DNA of 64,000 nucleotides from an uncultured delta proteobacterium (GTDB lineage: Bacteria; Myxococcota_A; Polyangia; Polyangiales; Polyangiaceae). Shown one piece after another: positions 60,019 to 64,000 of this stretch (the first letter of the stretch is position 1; each line of letters begins with the position of its first letter). The stretch covers positions 480,001 to 544,000 of the forward strand of contig CAWJCS010000002.1 of NCBI GenBank assembly GCA_963841435.1, given 5' to 3'. The notes below the pieces were generated by a model. The model did not search any database and was not told the origin of the DNA. It saw nothing but the letters and a program-made list of their open reading frames with translations. The translations under genes and the position numbers were made by a program.

Positions 60019-61344
60019 TCATTGGAACTGGGTGAAAAACTTCCACACCTCGCCTTTGGTCCAGGTCTTGGCGCCGTCGTCGCCGCCGCCGTCGACGTTG
60101 CCGGGCGTGTGACCGCCGTCGAAGGCGCACCATTCGACGGGATAGCCGGCCCTGCAGCCTTGATAGCTGGTGCAGACGTGCATCCCGCTGCCGGCGCTCG
60201 GCTCCGGCGGGTTCATGGCGGTGCAGCCGTCGTTCATCACGAACTTGTCGCGCATCGAGCGCCCGCCGGAGATGTTGAGCGTGCCGTCGCTGATACCGTG
60301 AATGCCGATGTAGGCGATGGGCTGAGTGCCGCCATCGCACCCGCTGATCACCCCGCCCGAGTAGACCGCGACTCCGCGGAAGACAGTGGCTCGCGCGCAC
60401 GCGATTGCGTAGCTCATGGAGCCGCCGTAGCTGAAGCCCATGGCGAAGAGCCGCGTCGTGTCCACGCACAGATCGCCTTCGATCAGCGCTATCATGTCAT
60501 CGGTGAACTTCACGTCTGCGCCGCCGGAATTGCCCCAGCCGTTGCTGATACCCTGCGGAGCGACGAAGATGGTGCTGTCGCCCGCCTGGGCCCTCATCCC
60601 GTAATACGACCAGGCGGCTCCAGTGCTGCCGCCGCCGTCGACGTCCTGCATCGTGCCGCCCACCCAGTGGTAAGCGAAGATCAAGCGATGGGGTAGATTG
60701 TTGTCGTAGTTATCGGGGATGCGAAGGATGTAGCTGCGGCTCTGCCCGCCGGTCTGAATGGTTTTGCTTCCGCTCGTGAGGGTCGCAGCCTTGCCGCATC
60801 CAGGACTCCGCATCGCCATGCCCGAGCCGGCGCTGCCCGCCGCGCCGCCCGCGCCACTGGCACCCGCGCGCCCTCCCATTCCACCGGCTCCCGGCCCGCC
60901 GCTGCTTCCCGAAACGGCGCCGCTCCCGCCGTTTCCGCCTTGCCCCGCTTGGGCGCCCGCGCTTCCGCCGACGCCCGAAGTGCCCCCCTTGCCGGCCGCA
61001 CCGCCCGTTCCCGCCGCACCGGCAGAGCCACCCGTTGCGCCTGAGCCCGCTGTTCCACCTGAGCCCGCTGTTCCACCTGAGCCCGCTGTTCCACCTGAGC
61101 CCGCTGTTCCACCTGAGCCGCCGGCAGCCGTCGTCCCGCCCGAGCCGGCGGCTGTGCCGCCTGAGCCGTCTTGCCCGCTTGTGCCGCCGGATCCCGCGGG
61201 GCCGCCTGCCCCACCTGGGGTGCCCCCGGGACCACCCGCAGCGCTAGAACCGCCAGCACCCATGATACCGGTCGGGTCGTTTGACGAGCAGGCGCCTGCG
61301 ACGAAGGCAAGCGCCGCAACCGATGATCGCAAGCAACTTCTCAT
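60019..61344 (-). CDS. Serine esterase (LpqP / CE1 feruloyl esterase-like) lipoprotein with Gly-rich linker
   Basis: AGAC, SPGCGK, LCVDTTRLFAMGFSYGG, HGISD, WCAFDGGH. Confidence 0.9.
   Translation of the reverse strand: MRSCLRSSVAALAFVAGACSSNDPTGIMGAGGSSAAGGPGGTPGGAGGPAGSGGTSGQDGSGGTAAGSGGTTAAGGSGGTAGSGGTAGSGGTAGSGGTAGSGATGGSAGAAGTGGAAGKGGTSGVGGSAGAQAGQGGNGGSGAVSGSSGGPGAGGMGGRAGASGAGGAAGSAGSGMAMRSPGCGKAATLTSGSKTIQTGGQSRSYILRIPDNYDNNLPHRLIFAYHWVGGTMQDVDGGGSTGAAWSYYGMRAQAGDSTIFVAPQGISNGWGNSGGADVKFTDDMIALIEGDLCVDTTRLFAMGFSYGGSMSYAIACARATVFRGVAVYSGGVISGCDGGTQPIAYIGIHGISDGTLNISGGRSMRDKFVMNDGCTAMNPPEPSAGSGMHVCTSYQGCRAGYPVEWCAFDGGHTPGNVDGGGDDGAKTWTKGEVWKFFTQFQ
61040..61119 (-). repeat. Perfect 18-bp tandem repeat x4+ encoding SGGTAG
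   Basis: cctgagcccgctgttcca units on the + strand. Confidence 0.95.
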
Positions 61345-61764
61345 CGGGAACTCACGTGAGAGCTACACGCTGATCTCCGAAAAAACGGGTCAGAATGTTG
61401 CAGATTTTCGAGGCCGATCCCTGCAACACGAGGTCCGGGCAACGACTCGTCCGTTCCCGCGCGAAAGTTTGCAATATGCTGCACGATCTACGGACGCCGT
61501 CCGAAGCCGAGGTACGCGGTCGTCTCGAGCTCGGTGGGCCCCTGGATGTGTTCCGAGAGGAAGGTGTCGGGCTCCTGTACTTTGGCGGCGTGCACGCCGG
61601 CCGCGTTCGGGACGCGCACCCAAATCCCAGACCGATGCCTGTCCGCGTCGGGTTCGCGGCCGTGCTCTTCGCAGCAGGCGTCGCGGGTTCGGGCGAATGG
61701 GCGGCGTTGCTACGCTCTCAGGGTGTCCGCCTTGCGCGATTTGGCGCCTCTCTGACGGAACCGC

Positions 61765-62643
61765 TCACTTTTGAAACGCCCGCATCTTCTCGAGGAATTC
61801 GTCCTTGGAGACCACCGGGGACATGTGACCGCCGGGCAATTCGACGACGCTGACGTTCGCGAGCGCCGCAGCAAGCGCGTCGATGATCGCGGCATTGTAG
61901 TGATCGGTGCCCGTGCCTTTGACGAGCATGACCGGCATCGAAAGGCGGCGCAGTCGCGAAACGTCGTCACGATGTCGGAAAATGGCGATCGAGGCGCGCA
62001 ACGCGTCGCGGTGCTGGTTCCAGACCGACCAGCGAGGATGCTGCCGGGGTGGCTGATCCGGTCCGAGCAAATCCGTCATGAAGGCGGCAAGCTCGTCCTC
62101 GGTCACACCGTCGGCCCATCGCAACGCAGACTCTTCGGTCTTGCGAACCTCGGGGTCGGCTCGCCCGTAGTCGGGCAGTAGCCAAGCAGCATCGGGCTCC
62201 ACCAGCAACAGCGACCGAATTCGTTCAGGATGGTCGAGGGCGAAATCCAGCGCGATGAGGCCACCATAAGACCAGCCCACGACGTTGACGGGCTCCCTCC
62301 ACCCGAGGTCGGTCAGCGCCGCGGCGAGCGCGCGGCTTTCCAGTTTCACCGAATAGTCAACCGGTAGCGAAGCGTGCGCCAGGCCGAGCTCGACGCCGAG
62401 TGGTTGCGCCAGCGCTACCTGGCGTTCGGACGCCAGCTCATTCGCGTGTGGGACCCACGAAAGAACGCCGGTCAAACCTTGGCCCACGATGACGAGCGGT
62501 CGCCCCTGGCCGAGCACGCGCATTTGCATCTTGACCACTGACGCCTCCTTCGCTGCGGCGGCTGAGCTCGTGCGTCCGTTGTGAGCAGCGCAGGCAATCG
62601 GCGCCACGCTCACGAGCCAAAGCCAGGTCCTTGCGGTCCCCAT
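61765..62643 (-). CDS. Alpha/beta hydrolase, probably a lipoprotein
   Basis: PIAC, VGWSYGG, HPERIRSLLLVEP, LPGGHM. Confidence 0.88.
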   Translation of the reverse strand: MGTARTWLWLVSVAPIACAAHNGRTSSAAAAKEASVVKMQMRVLGQGRPLVIVGQGLTGVLSWVPHANELASERQVALAQPLGVELGLAHASLPVDYSVKLESRALAAALTDLGWREPVNVVGWSYGGLIALDFALDHPERIRSLLLVEPDAAWLLPDYGRADPEVRKTEESALRWADGVTEDELAAFMTDLLGPDQPPRQHPRWSVWNQHRDALRASIAIFRHRDDVSRLRRLSMPVMLVKGTGTDHYNAAIIDALAAALANVSVVELPGGHMSPVVSKDEFLEKMRAFQK

Positions 62644-62761
62644 TCTTCGTAAATAAGACTACTTCATTGCCGGCGGGGATTCGAGGAGTCGTTGCTGCTT
62701 CAAGCACCCGCCGAGTCCGGGGTCGGCGTCGAGAGCGCCTGAAAAACGAAGTGCCAGCCAG

Positions 62762-62885
62762 GTCGTCAACGGCCGTGACCGGCGACAGCTCGAGCGGTTG
62801 TGCCGCTACATCACACGGCCTCCCGTTGCTCAGGATCGCCTCCAGCGAGCCCGACGACCTGATGGTCCGGCTCGTCGCCAGCCGT
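62762..62885 (+). mobile_element. IS91-family (Y2 HUH) transposase shard
   Basis: GRDRRQLERLCRYITRPPVAQDRL, then PDDLMVRLV after an apparent internal deletion. Confidence 0.8.
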
Positions 62886-63257
62886 TTTCCCGGTTCGTTC
62901 TTCCTTGCCGCCCAGGTTGGGGTGCCGGAGCCGACCGGGTTTCACCCGACGCGGCCCATGAGACCGAGCGCTCGGGTATCGGCACACAGAAAGCCGAGTG
63001 TCCGTACTCTGTCCTTGGTGCCTCACTGAGCGATGCACGCGTCCTGCATCGCGCGCCAGAATCGTCTGCGCGATGGCCTCCGCTCCCGCAGCGCTCGGAA
63101 GGATGCCGCTCGCATCCGTGAACGCCGAGAGGTGGTCGGCGCAGGTGGGGCGAAGATCGACGAGATGGCAAGGAACCGGGCTCCGCGCCGACGAAGACGT
63201 CGGCTCCCCCGACGCGCGGGGTAGCTGCAACCGGTCGCGCCCGCTAGCGTGCGCTCT

Positions 63258-63325
63258 TGACGCCGACCCGAGCGGGCGTCGAGGACGTGGCGCGCCGCAC
63301 GGCAGCCGGTATCGAGAAGATCCTC
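63258..63325 (+). mobile_element. 68-bp probable IS91-family transposase shard, copy 2
   Basis: TPTRAGVEDVARRTAAGIEKIL; matches 26274-26341. Confidence 0.6.
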
Positions 63326-63471
63326 CGACCACGCAACCGTGCTCCACATCGCTCCTGTGTTCGGAGCCGCGACACCCGCCCACCTGCAGTCCCCTCCAAT
63401 CCTGCCCCCGGGCTTCCTCTCGGTTTTCGCGGTTCGATTTTCTTATGCGCACCGTATTCTGTGCGTTGGCC

Positions 63472-64000
63472 TCAACCTATCTCCTCCAGGAGATCGACCA
63501 GTGACGGCGTCCAATGGCTCCCGCCAACGAGAACCTTCGCAGAAAGCTTTTCCGAGCACTTCTCGTGCGGAGCCAGCATGCGGGTTGCACAGAACTGGTA
63601 CTCCCAATTGGCGGTCACCGGGTGCATGCACGCAGCGAGCACCTCGAACTGCTCGGCTGAGTAGTACCGACTACAGGCATCGTTGATCGACGCGCGAGTC
63701 TTCTGAAAGTCAACGCGCGGCGGATCGATCGCGCGCCGTACATTCTTGCACTCGATCCTAAACGGTTAACGCTTGTATGAGATCTGAAAATCAGGTGGAC
63801 CATCCTGGTCAAGGGCCTGTACGTCCTCAATCCCGGACAGTGCGGACAGGTGCTTGGCGAGGTGGTGCTCCGCAACGCGCCCGCGAACCGCGACGACTAG
63901 CCTCCCCGTTCCGGCCAAGACATCAAGTAGCTCTCGCGCGGATAGGCCCAGCTCCCGCTCGAGGCCATGGGTAGCGTTGGGCTCCGGAGCGCCAAGCTCG
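63472..64000 (-). pseudogene. PD-(D/E)XK nuclease (restriction-endonuclease-like), 5' part beyond the window, in-frame TAA at 63766-63768
   Basis: Manual translation: ..VRGRVAEHHL..DQDGPPDFQISYKR*PFRIECKNVRR..VDFQKTRAS..SRYY...FEVLAACMHP..; not in the ORF track. Confidence 0.75.

Noticed and set aside
21000-63400. Integron cassette array
   Set aside because: No intact IntI, no recurring attC-like sites seen, and genes are in mixed orientation

Overview
GC-rich (about 70% by eye) bacterial DNA whose gene content points to a myxobacterium, probably Polyangiaceae/Sorangiineae-like (inference from DUF1592/DUF1552 pairs, ECF sigma-FecR/TPR operon, Gly-rich lipoproteins, Ser/Thr kinase, DUF4398-OmpA). 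No rRNA, complete tRNA or CRISPR array was seen. 1-13.2 kb: two DUF1592+DUF1552 modules, a CAP lipoprotein, and an ECF sigma / anti-sigma / outer-membrane protein / GH27-NPCBM lipoprotein / second ECF cluster. In that cluster the GH27 has lost both catalytic Asp residues and both sigma genes share a GTAACC-N17-CACTA motif, making it a candidate glycan-sensing surface-signalling system. 14-20.9 kb: a TetR-TolC-HlyD-ABC efflux operon with a nonsense codon in TolC. 21-64 kb: an accessory patchwork of mostly single secreted lipoprotein genes with long Gly/Ser/Thr/Ala linkers, separated by short shards of unrelated genes (tyrosine integrase, IS91 transposase, tRNA 3' end, RCC1, MopE-like, hydrolases, methyltransferases). 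Three shards match another copy within the window. The window ends inside a PD-(D/E)XK nuclease gene with an in-frame stop. Family assignments come from motif recognition, not searches. Several single-base indels may be sequencing errors.
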